Numbered from the stretch's first letter, positions 1 through 7,466 are shown. The stretch is 23,508 bases of DNA from Candidatus Fraserbacteria bacterium (GCA_037446135.1 JBBIJD010000009.1:8130-31637); one strand, 5' to 3'. The notes: generated from the sequence alone by a model not told the origin. A program made the numbers and translations.

Positions 1-7
1 CCGGGTA

Positions 8-36
8 TTGACAGCCCCTCTCACCCGGTGTATTGT
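8..36 (+). promoter_or_regulatory. sigma70-type promoter (TTGACA-N17-TATTGT)
   Basis: TTGACA at 8-13, 17-nt spacer ending in TG, TATTGT at 31-36, directly upstream of the first ORF. Confidence 0.6.
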
Positions 37-44
37 TGGATCGG

Positions 45-311
45 GTGAGAGGATTGCGGGAAGAGGGGGTCTTATCCTGCTGTCCGCGCTGCGGTGGGCA
101 AAGGCTCCGCTTGCGGAGCGAGGTGATTGCCTGCTATGATGCTCGGATCGTCGAGGGGAAGGTGAGCTGGCAGAGCAATCGCCTCGTCCTAGTCAATCCA
201 GCTCGTGTCAGCCCCAAGGCCACGATCATCTGCCTCGACTGTCTGGCCACCTTCACGGAATTCGAGCTCCTGGAGAATGGGACGATAATCTTGAGGAATC
301 GGGGGGGATGA
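45..311 (+). CDS. small hypothetical Zn-ribbon-like protein
   Basis: Two CxxC pairs (CPRC and CLDC) about 50 aa apart. The track's TTG at 33 lies inside the -10 box, so the in-frame GTG at 45 is preferred. Stop is 4 nt before the next ATG. Confidence 0.55.
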   Translation: MRGLREEGVLSCCPRCGGQRLRLRSEVIACYDARIVEGKVSWQSNRLVLVNPARVSPKATIICLDCLATFTEFELLENGTIILRNRGG

Positions 312-315
312 GGGG

Positions 316-1074
316 ATGCGCATCAGGTCTCTAACTCTTCTCGTGATCGGTCTCCTGCTCCTCTGGAGCGGGCTGGCCTTAGCCCAGGAGGGGCCGAGCC
401 AAGCAGAGCTAGAAGGGATCCTGAAGCAGACCAAGGCCGAGGAGGCGATCGTCAATCTGGGAAGGGTCCTCATCGGCGAAGGGGTGATGGATCGGCAGGT
501 CCTGACCCTCGGGGTGACCCTGAAGATCGCCGCGGAGCTGGAGGAGTATGCCGGGCTGAAGGTCGAGAAGTGGTTCAAGGACCGGCTGGGCCGGGAGCTC
601 TCCAAGGCCGAGCTCAACTGGCTGGACCTGGTGAAGGCCAGCCTGAGGAACAGCCAGCCGGACCTCTATGGCTCGCTCCAAGCGGCCTTGAAGAGCCTCA
701 AGGCCAAGCCGCCAGTCCAACCGGCGAGCGGCGGGGACCTCAGCTCGATCCTCGCCTCCCTCCAGGGCCTCAATCAGCGGCTCACCAACCTCGAGAACCA
801 AGTAGCCAGCCTCGCCCAGCAGGGCCAGAAGGCCGCCTCTGCGGAGGAATTAGCGGCCCTCAAGCTCGAGGTCGAGGGCCTCAAAGCCAGCCTGCCAAAC
901 CCGACGGCCCTCACAGAGACCCTCCCCCAAATGACCGATCTCCAGGGGAAGATCGAGAGCCTCGACCGCTCCCTCAGCGGCCAGCGCGGGCTGACGATCT
1001 TCCTGATCATCCTCGTCCTGCTGCTCTTAGCTTGGCTGGTCTTCCTCCGGACACGCGAGATGGCCAGGAGTTGA
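316..1074 (+). CDS. exported coiled-coil protein with C-terminal membrane anchor, function unknown
   Basis: Signal peptide ending ALA-Q, heptad-rich middle (LQGLNQRLTNLENQVASLAQ), C-terminal TM helix (LTIFLIILVLLLLAWLVFL) followed by a short Arg-containing tail (RTREMARS). Confidence 0.8.
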   Translation: MRIRSLTLLVIGLLLLWSGLALAQEGPSQAELEGILKQTKAEEAIVNLGRVLIGEGVMDRQVLTLGVTLKIAAELEEYAGLKVEKWFKDRLGRELSKAELNWLDLVKASLRNSQPDLYGSLQAALKSLKAKPPVQPASGGDLSSILASLQGLNQRLTNLENQVASLAQQGQKAASAEELAALKLEVEGLKASLPNPTALTETLPQMTDLQGKIESLDRSLSGQRGLTIFLIILVLLLLAWLVFLRTREMARS

Positions 1075-1077
1075 CGA

Positions 1078-2325
1078 TCAGCGTGGCGCGCCATGTGGCG
1101 CGCCACCACGCTCCACCTCGAGGACATCGAGCTCGAGGACCTTGACAGGAGAGCCGAGGAGCTCGGCTAGGCTGGGGGAGGTCCGGCCCTCATCCCCTGA
1201 AAGGAGTTCTTTCACATATAGTCCGCCATCGCAGCGGACCTCGATGGTCGCCGTCCGATCAGCGCTCAGCTCGCCCTTGGCCTCCCAGACCGTCCTCGTC
1301 CGGACTAAGTCGGCCCGACGATGGGCCACCCTCTTGGGAGTCCGTTGAGAGATCGGCCCGATCAGGGCCTTTAAAGCTCGCGCGAACTCCTCCTTGACCA
1401 CGGGCCGCGCGAACTCCACTCGCGCCCGGTAGAGCTTGTTCGCCCGCGCGGCCTTCAATCGCTCGACCTCCTCACGTGTAGTGAAGGCCAGGCCATGAAC
1501 CTCGACCTTCCCTTGCGCTCGGGCATTGACTTCCCGCTCTAAAGCCGCCAAGTCGAGGCTCCGGACCTTCGGCTCGCGGAGCTCGAGCACGAATGGCCGC
1601 CCCTCACCGAGCATCCGAGCGTCGATGTCCTCCCTCCCGGAGCCGTGGAAGACCGAGGCGCGCCCCCGCGCGGCCTCGAGGAACGGAGGGGAGACCAGCT
1701 CTTCGACGCTCTCCGGATACTGCTTCCCAGTGAAGCCGCACCTCTGGCAGCCTCGCCCGCGACAGGCCCGACAGGGCCAGTGGGTCTGGGGGATCCCCCG
1801 GACGAGCTTCCGGTAGCGGCCAAAGATGAAGAGCGGGGAGATCTTGACCTCCACCCGATCCCAGACGAGATCGAGCAAGATCGCCACCTCCGGATTCCGA
1901 AGGTCGACCTCCGCTCGCCCCGCGAGGGCTGCCTCAAGCCGCTTCCCCACCTCTCGGTTAAGGTCGTGGTTCAAATGGCCGCCATGCTCCAGCTTATACC
2001 TCTCTTGGAGCGCCCGTTCCTGCTCCTCGAGGAATTCCGGGAGGTGGCTCCCGACGAGGAAGCTCTTGAATTCGAGGCCCTCGACCGCGGCGAGCGCCCG
2101 GCTGGCCCACTCCTCGACCCTGAGGAGGTGGCCGAGGCAGAGCTGGCAGTAGCCCGGCTCGACATAAGACTTATTCTCCTCGAGGCTGAGGAGGATACGG
2201 ATGGCTCGCCCGCGCTCGCGATTGCTCAGGCCATGGCCGAGCTTAGCGAACTGTCGCCCCAAGCAGTAATCACAGAGCTCCAGCTCCGCGAGGAGCTCAC
2301 GCGCTAGCCGCAGGATCTCGGACAT
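1078..2325 (-). CDS. pus10: tRNA pseudouridine(54/55) synthase Pus10, archaeal/eukaryotic type
   Basis: N-terminal Zn motifs (LCDYCLGRQF, CQLC), THUMP-like region, GRYRKLVRGIPQTHW, catalytic FHGSGREDIDARMLGEGRPF, ISQRTPKRVAHRRADLVRTR and GLYVKELLSGDEGRTSPSL. Start set at the ATG at 2325 (MSEIL), 7 nt downstream of a TATAAT. Confidence 0.93.
   Translation of the reverse strand: MSEILRLARELLAELELCDYCLGRQFAKLGHGLSNRERGRAIRILLSLEENKSYVEPGYCQLCLGHLLRVEEWASRALAAVEGLEFKSFLVGSHLPEFLEEQERALQERYKLEHGGHLNHDLNREVGKRLEAALAGRAEVDLRNPEVAILLDLVWDRVEVKISPLFIFGRYRKLVRGIPQTHWPCRACRGRGCQRCGFTGKQYPESVEELVSPPFLEAARGRASVFHGSGREDIDARMLGEGRPFVLELREPKVRSLDLAALEREVNARAQGKVEVHGLAFTTREEVERLKAARANKLYRARVEFARPVVKEEFARALKALIGPISQRTPKRVAHRRADLVRTRTVWEAKGELSADRTATIEVRCDGGLYVKELLSGDEGRTSPSLAELLGSPVKVLELDVLEVERGGAPHGAPR
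1083..1106. terminator. GC-rich hairpin (tandem TGGCGCGCCA palindromes), probable bidirectional terminator
   Basis: GTGGCGCGCCA-TG-TGGCGCGCCAC at the junction of two convergent genes (stops at 1074 and 1078). There is no U-tract. Confidence 0.45.
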
Positions 2326-2430
2326 CTTTTCAATTATACCCTGCAGCCCGCACCTTGAGAGGGGAAGTCCGGCGATGGTGACCCCTGCCACATTCGGGCC
2401 GGCCCGCAAACGGTATAATCTCGCCTCGAG

Positions 2431-3465
2431 ATGGCTCTCGAGAGGTCGCTCGCCGGACTGGCCCTAATCCTCGTGGTCGCGGCCCCCTTCCTCGCACTGA
2501 CCGGGCCGAACAGACCTGGGCCTCGGCCTGAGCCCGAACTGGTGGTCGCCCTCGCGAATCCGCCCCAGCCGGCTGATGAACAGCGCGGGGTCTACTTCAC
2601 CGCCCCGGCCCTGGCGAAGCTCGAGCGGGAGGGGCGACTCGAGCCCTTCATCGCGGAGATGAGGAAACTCGGGCTGAACGCGATCGTCATCGATATCAAG
2701 GACATGAGCGGCGGGGTGACCTACGAGAGCAAGGTCCCCTTGGTGAAGGAGCTCCGCGCGGTCACGGTGCGGCTGGACCTCCCGCGGCTGCTCGCCCTCT
2801 TCAAGGCGAAAGGGATCTATACGATCGCCCGCCAGGTGGCCTTCTACGATCCGAAGCTGGCGAAATACCTCAAGAGCGCCAGTGCGCCCTGGGTCTCGCC
2901 CGCCGATAGCCGCGTCGTGGAGTATAACCTCGCCATCGCTCAAGAGGCCCTCGCGCTGGGGTTCGACGAGCTCCAGTTCGACTACATCCGCTATCACGAT
3001 GATGGAAAGCTCGCGGCCGTATATGAGGCCCGCTATACCGCGATCACCGGCTTCCTGCGCCAGGCAAGGGCCAGGCTCAAGGGGCGGCTCTCGATCGATG
3101 TCTTCGGGCGGACCCTCTGGGAGTGGAACAGGAAGCGGATCGATCCGATCGGCCAGCAATTGGAGGAGCTCGCACCCTATGTGGACTGGATCTCACCGAT
3201 GGTCTACCCCTCGCACTATGAGCCGGCCCTCCGGGAGAAGCCCTACGAGACGGTCAAGCGAGCACTGGAGTCTGGCCTGAAGCGGGGACTGAAGCTCCGC
3301 CCTTACCTCCAGGCCTTCCAGATGGCGATCCCCGCCGGGATGGACTACTATGACTATATCCGCGCCGAAATCCGGGCTGTCGCGGAGCTGGGCTTCAAGA
3401 GCTACCTCTTCTGGAACCCCCGCTCGGACTATTCTGCCCTGTTCGCGGCCTTGAGGAAGCCCTAG
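2431..3465 (+). CDS. putative glycoside hydrolase (DUF4015-like TIM barrel) with N-terminal anchor
   Basis: Motifs NAIVIDIKD, IYTIARQVAFYDP, GFDELQFDYIRY, ISPMVYPSHY, RPYLQAF and WNP are typical of DUF4015. The N-terminus is hydrophobic. Confidence 0.8.
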   Translation: MALERSLAGLALILVVAAPFLALTGPNRPGPRPEPELVVALANPPQPADEQRGVYFTAPALAKLEREGRLEPFIAEMRKLGLNAIVIDIKDMSGGVTYESKVPLVKELRAVTVRLDLPRLLALFKAKGIYTIARQVAFYDPKLAKYLKSASAPWVSPADSRVVEYNLAIAQEALALGFDELQFDYIRYHDDGKLAAVYEARYTAITGFLRQARARLKGRLSIDVFGRTLWEWNRKRIDPIGQQLEELAPYVDWISPMVYPSHYEPALREKPYETVKRALESGLKRGLKLRPYLQAFQMAIPAGMDYYDYIRAEIRAVAELGFKSYLFWNPRSDYSALFAALRKP

Positions 3466-3474
3466 CACAGCACC

Positions 3475-3996
3475 ATGACTGGAAGATGGTTAATGGCAGC
3501 CCTTATCCTGCTCGGCCTCGCTTGGCCGGCTGGGGCCGAGGTGCTCCCCTTCTCCGCCGGGGCTGGACTGGGAATCCTGGAGTTGAACGGCCTGAAGGCC
3601 GCCTGGGGCGTGAGCGAGGAGACCGTCCGGCTCCTCCAAGGGGTGGTCGAGTTCGGGCCACTCTCCTCTGCCTCCGGCCTGGGGGTCCGGTTCACAGGCG
3701 AGCTCGGCCTCCCAGGTGGCCCGGAGCTCTCCAAGTTCGAGACGGCGATCCTCTTCCACATCCTGGGCCGGGATGCCCGCTTCTACCTCGGCGGCGGGAC
3801 CGGCCTCTTAGCGCATGAGGGCCGCCTCGATTTCACTATCCACCTTGGAAGCGGGCTGAAGAAGGACCTCCCCGGGGCCTTGACCCTCTTCCTGGACGCG
3901 AAGCTGATCGGATTGATCGAGCTCAGCGTCCGGGGGCCGCGCCTCCTCCCCGGACCGCCGCTCCAGTTCACCGTGGGAGTGACCCTCTCCCCTTGA
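3475..3996 (+). CDS. exported protein, probable small outer-membrane beta-barrel
   Basis: Signal peptide (AGA-E), alternating Gly/aromatic strands (FYLGGGTG, FTIHLGSG, LTLFLDAK) and a C-terminal strand LQFTVGVTL. Confidence 0.6.
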   Translation: MTGRWLMAALILLGLAWPAGAEVLPFSAGAGLGILELNGLKAAWGVSEETVRLLQGVVEFGPLSSASGLGVRFTGELGLPGGPELSKFETAILFHILGRDARFYLGGGTGLLAHEGRLDFTIHLGSGLKKDLPGALTLFLDAKLIGLIELSVRGPRLLPGPPLQFTVGVTLSP

Positions 3997-4009
3997 GGCC
4001 AGCGCTAGC

Positions 4010-4738
4010 CTAGCCCTGCGGGAGATAAAAGTCCAGGCTCAAGCTCAATGTGAGCCCCAGGCTCGTGGAGGCCCAGGTCTCCTGCTCAGGCGAAGGCGAG
4101 GGGGTCGGCTCCTCTTCAGGCAGGGGGGCAGGCGGGGGCAGCGAGATCGTCGTGGTCATGGCCTGGGCATAGACCAGTCCGACCTCAAAGCTCATCGCCA
4201 CTTGCTGGGATCGGCTCCATTCCAGCCCGGCCGCGAGCGAAACGGCCAGGGTCGCGCTCCGGCTCTCAGTAGAGGAAGGCCAGCAGGGCGGGGGCGGGAC
4301 GGGCTCGTCTTCCTCCGCCTCGGACGGCGAGCTCTTGCAGATGATGTAGCCATCTTTGTAGAAGCTCTGGAGGCTGAGCGCCCGCCCGGCCAGGTAGAGA
4401 TCGACCCGTGGGCTATCATAGAGCTTGAATAAAGCCCCTCCGGAGAGGCTCGTCAGGTTCCGCGAACTCCAGGTATCGCTGTAGCGCGAGAGCCAGCCAC
4501 CGGCCTCGAAGCCCAGCGCCCCCTTGGTCCAATACTTTAGGGTAATAGCCGTGGTCAGGGCCGGGTCGACCTCGCTCGGAGCGAGTGGCATGAGCGCCTG
4601 GGGGAGGAAGCGGACCCCGAACCCCCATCCCCGCCCGGCCGAAAGGTCTCCCTCCTGAGCTTGAGCTAGAGCGCCCAGGGCCGATCCGCCGAGGACCAAT
4701 AAGACGATAGAGCCAATAATAGCTAGAGCGGTCTTCAT
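4010..4738 (-). CDS. exported protein, probable outer-membrane beta-barrel with Pro/Glu-rich loops
   Basis: GGAGG-like SD, signal peptide, strands GWGFGVRF, LGFEAGGWL, DLYLAGR, LAAGLEW, MSFEVGLVY, and a terminal LSLSLDFY strand. Confidence 0.7.
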   Translation of the reverse strand: MKTALAIIGSIVLLVLGGSALGALAQAQEGDLSAGRGWGFGVRFLPQALMPLAPSEVDPALTTAITLKYWTKGALGFEAGGWLSRYSDTWSSRNLTSLSGGALFKLYDSPRVDLYLAGRALSLQSFYKDGYIICKSSPSEAEEDEPVPPPPCWPSSTESRSATLAVSLAAGLEWSRSQQVAMSFEVGLVYAQAMTTTISLPPPAPLPEEEPTPSPSPEQETWASTSLGLTLSLSLDFYLPQG

Positions 4739-4827
4739 ATCCCATCCCTCCCCTTTTGCCTCCGGAGCGATCCCGCTCCCAGCCCCATGCTCGAGAGGGC
4801 TCGAAGCGCGGCTTTTGTAATGCAGAT

Positions 4828-4883
4828 CACTTGACAGCCCAAGCGATTTCCATTATAATTTTCATTACCCGGGTGGTCAAGTG
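4828..4883. promoter_or_regulatory. symmetric bidirectional sigma70 promoter
   Basis: Plus strand: TTGACA 4831-4836, N17, TATAAT 4854-4859. Minus strand: TTGACC 4880-4875, N17, TATAAT 4857-4852. The dyad axis lies in the palindrome ATTATAAT. Confidence 0.8.
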
Positions 4884-4928
4884 CGCATGTGCGCCGACCT
4901 CTACCACAAAGGGGAGGAGGTGAGCCCG

Positions 4929-4982
4929 ATGCTCTTGAAGAAGAAGGGCGGCGGGAAGAAGCCCGCCGGCGGGAAGAAGTAA
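4929..4982 (+). CDS. 17-aa Lys/Gly-rich micro-protein or leader peptide, MLLKKKGGGKKPAGGKK
   Basis: Strong SD GGAGGTGA (4916-4923), ATG at 4929, TAA at 4980-4982. It is flanked by a consensus promoter and a terminator-like hairpin. Too short for the ORF track. Confidence 0.6.
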   Translation: MLLKKKGGGKKPAGGKK

Positions 4983-5002
4983 ACTAGGGCTCACGACAGA
5001 TG

Positions 5003-5048
5003 AGAGGCGTGCCAGTATGCCCTACAAGGCACGCCTCTTGCTTCTATT
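5003..5048 (+). terminator. intrinsic terminator-like hairpin
   Basis: 11-bp perfect stem AGAGGCGTGCC (5003-5013) / GGCACGCCTCT (5028-5038), followed by T-rich TGCTTCTATT. Confidence 0.7.
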
Positions 5049-6279
5049 ATGTGGACCGCGCTCTTAATCCTCATCCTGACTTATCTGGTCGTCGGGGTCC
5101 AGAAGCTCCCCTTCGTTCATATCAGCCGGGCCGCGGGGGCGCTCCTCGGTGCGGTCGCGATGGTCCTCAGTGGAGTGCTCTCCGTCCAAGAGGCCTATGC
5201 GGCCATCGACCTCGATACCCTCGTCTTCCTCCTTGGGATGATGGTCATCGTCGCCTACCTCGAGATCTCCGGCTTCTTCGAAGTTCTAGAACTCTTCATT
5301 CTCAAGCGAGCCCGGAGCCGGAGCGGCCTCCTCTTTTTGACAAATTGTGAGCAGTGGGCTCCTCTCCGCCCTCTTCATGAATGACACGATCTGCCTGATG
5401 TTCACCCCCGTGCTCGTCCGGCTGATCCGGCGGCTCGAGCTCCCCCCGGCGCCCTATCTGATCGGCCTGGCGACCGCCGCGAACATCGGGAGCACGATGA
5501 CCATCATCGGGAACCCTCAGAACATGTTGATCGGGATCCGCTCGGGGATCCACTTCCTCTCCTTCTGGGCCGCCCTCGCCCCTGTCTCGTTAGCGGGCCT
5601 GGCCCTCGACTTCGGGCTGATCTGGCTGATCTATCGCTCCCAACTCCGATTGCCCCTCAAGCCCTCGAACGATCTGCGAGGTTACGCCGAGCTGAGGGTC
5701 CAGCGGGGCCTGCTGGCCCTCTCGCTCCTCGTAGTCCTGCTGGCCCTGATCTTCTTGGCTGCGGGTTATGCGCCCCAAGGGGTGGCGATCAGTTCCGCTG
5801 CCCTCCTGATCCTTTTGGGGAGCAACCGCCCCCGCCGAGCGCTCCAGCAGGTCGACTGGCCGCTCTTGTTGATCTTTGCCGGGCTGTTCATCGTGATGCG
5901 CGGGGTGGAGAAGGCCGGGCTGGTCGAGCATCTCATCTCCCAAGCGGGCAGTTGGTTCGCCGAGCGGTCCGCGTTGGGCAGCATCTCCTGGGTCACGCTC
6001 ATCGTCTCGAATCTGATCAGCAATGTCCCGGCGGTCCTGCTCCTCTCGCCCTTGATCGCGGCCGCCGGTGGAGGGGCCATGGCCTGGCTGGCCTTGGCGA
6101 TGGCCTCGACGCTCGCGGGGAACCTCACTCTCATCGGCTCGGCAGCCAACCTGATCGTCCTAGAGGGCGCTGAACGGGAGGGCGTTCACTTGGGCTTCCT
6201 CGAGTATCTCAAAGTCGGCCTGCCTCTGACGCTGCTGACCATCGGCCTGGGAGTGCTCATCCTCAGCCTCAGGTTCTGA
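5049..6279 (+). pseudogene. ArsB/NhaD/CitMHS (YbiR-like) anion permease split by a +1 frameshift (pseudogene or sequencing error)
   Basis: ORF 5049-5384 (AIDLDTLVFLLGMM) and ORF 5347-6279 (LSALFMNDT, ANIGSTMTIIGNPQN, VDWPLL, SNLISNVPAV, STLAGNLTLIGSAANLIV) join into one 409-aa protein if a single base is removed near 5342-5344. Confidence 0.85.
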
Positions 6280-7303
6280 AGCTCTCTAAGCCGACCCCGG
6301 CGAGCCTCCGGATCTCCCGCATATTCTCTTGGGCGATCTCCCTCGCCCGAGCGGCCCCTTCCCTTAAGGCTTGCCTTACCGTTTCCAGGTCTTTCTCTAA
6401 TTCCCGTCGGCGGGCCTGGATCGGCCGGAGCACACCCATCAGGCTCTCGAAGACCGCTTCCTTCAGCCGGACATACTTCAGCCTCCCGGCCTGGTATTCT
6501 TCCTTCAACTCCTCATAGAGCTTGGAGTCGGCGGCGGAGAGCTTCAAGATCAGGAAGAGATTGGCCACACCCGGGCTCATCTCTGGACCGCGCGGGCCGA
6601 TGTCAGTGACGGCAGTCTTGACCTTCTCGTAGATCGAGGCCTCTGGCTCCATCACTCCGATGTAGTGCTTCTCCCCGAGGGACTTGCTCATCTTCAATGA
6701 AGGGTCGGCAAGGGACATGATCCTCGGGGCCTCGGAGAGGATCGGCTCGACCTCGGGGAAGAACTCCCCGAACCGGCTGTTGAACCTCCTTGCGATCCGC
6801 CGGGCCAACTCGAGGTGCTGGAGCTGGTCCTCTCCTACCGGGACCTTGCTCGCCCGATACAAGAGGATATCGGCGGCCTGGAGGACTGGGTAATCGAAGA
6901 GCCCGGCGCTCACGAACTCCTGATGTTCAGCCTTCTCCTTGAACTGGGTCATCCTGGTGAGGTCCCCGAACGAGGTGAGGCAGTTGAAGATCCAAGCGAG
7001 CTCGGTGTGCTCCGGGACATGGGATTGGATGAATAAGGTGGCCCGCTGAGGGTCAATCCCACAGGCCAAGAGGTCCGCGGCCATCGCCAGGGCCCGTTGG
7101 GGAAGAACCCGCGGGTCATGGTCTACAGTGATGGCATGGTAGTCGACGATGGAGTAGATGCAATCGTATTGCTCTTGCAATCGGACATAGTTTGTGACCG
7201 CGCCGAAGTAGTTGCCGATGTGGAGTTCCCCGGTCGGCTGGATCCCGGAGAAGACGCGTTCCTTCAAGGCTGGCTTAGAGGAGGGCCTCCCAAAGACGAT
7301 CAC
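6269..7303 (-). CDS. trpS: tryptophan--tRNA ligase, bacterial type
   Basis: FSGIQPTGELHIGNYFGA (HIGH), YPVLQAADILLY, VPVGEDQLQHLE and KMSKS. The start could be GTG 7303 or TTG 7267. Confidence 0.97.
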   Translation of the reverse strand: MIVFGRPSSKPALKERVFSGIQPTGELHIGNYFGAVTNYVRLQEQYDCIYSIVDYHAITVDHDPRVLPQRALAMAADLLACGIDPQRATLFIQSHVPEHTELAWIFNCLTSFGDLTRMTQFKEKAEHQEFVSAGLFDYPVLQAADILLYRASKVPVGEDQLQHLELARRIARRFNSRFGEFFPEVEPILSEAPRIMSLADPSLKMSKSLGEKHYIGVMEPEASIYEKVKTAVTDIGPRGPEMSPGVANLFLILKLSAADSKLYEELKEEYQAGRLKYVRLKEAVFESLMGVLRPIQARRRELEKDLETVRQALREGAARAREIAQENMREIRRLAGVGLESFRT

Positions 7304-7322
7304 CCGCTCTTGCTCCTGCCAT
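7275..7322 (-). other. putative upstream mini-ORF of trpS, MAGARAGDRLWEALL
   Basis: SD GAGGTGA (7334-7328) 5 nt before ATG 7322, out of frame with trpS, one TGG codon, TAA ending at 7275. Confidence 0.4.
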
Positions 7323-7359
7323 CTCGATCACCTCAATCTCTAGCGCAAGTGTTAGCAGG

Positions 7360-7388
7360 ATTATAAGCGATCCCCGACTTCCCGTCAA
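7360..7388 (-). promoter_or_regulatory. sigma70 promoter of trpS
   Basis: TTGACG (7388-7383), N17, TATAAT (7365-7360). Confidence 0.8.
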
Positions 7389-7428
7389 ACCTCGTCCGCA
7401 CTCTATGGAGCTCTAGCCTGCTCTGCCG

Positions 7429-7457
7429 TTGCGGGACCGCTCGTGAGGGAGTAGAAT
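7429..7457 (+). promoter_or_regulatory. probable promoter of the CofC-like/glyA-gcvT/Nif3 operon
   Basis: TTGCGG (7429-7434), N17, TAGAAT (7452-7457), 9 nt before ATG 7467. Confidence 0.55.
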
Positions 7458-7466
7458 CCCGCCGGC

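Noticed and set aside
570..2307. Long alternative-frame and antisense ORFs (570-1145, 1645-2307, and similarly 8625-9962, 17730-18455, 20048-20686)
   Set aside because: They overlap well-supported genes, have no recognisable motifs, and are expected shadows of GC-rich codon usage.
2326..2409. N-terminal extensions in the ORF track (pus10 from 2409, Nif3-like from 11701, asnB-like from 14712, tetR from 18658, hypothetical from 19146)
   Set aside because: They run through promoters or neighbouring genes. Downstream starts fit the family N-termini and the SD or -10 positions better.
4949..4979. CRISPR-like reading of the 13-nt direct repeat
   Set aside because: There are only two copies with a 5-nt spacer, explained by the repeated GGKK codons.
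5000..5350. ORF 5000-5350 as the true permease N-terminus
   Set aside because: It starts within the terminator hairpin region and is not hydrophobic. The 5049 frame carries the transporter motifs.
7304..7360. T-box riboswitch before trpS
   Set aside because: The leader is under 100 nt and has no T-box consensus or terminator/antiterminator.
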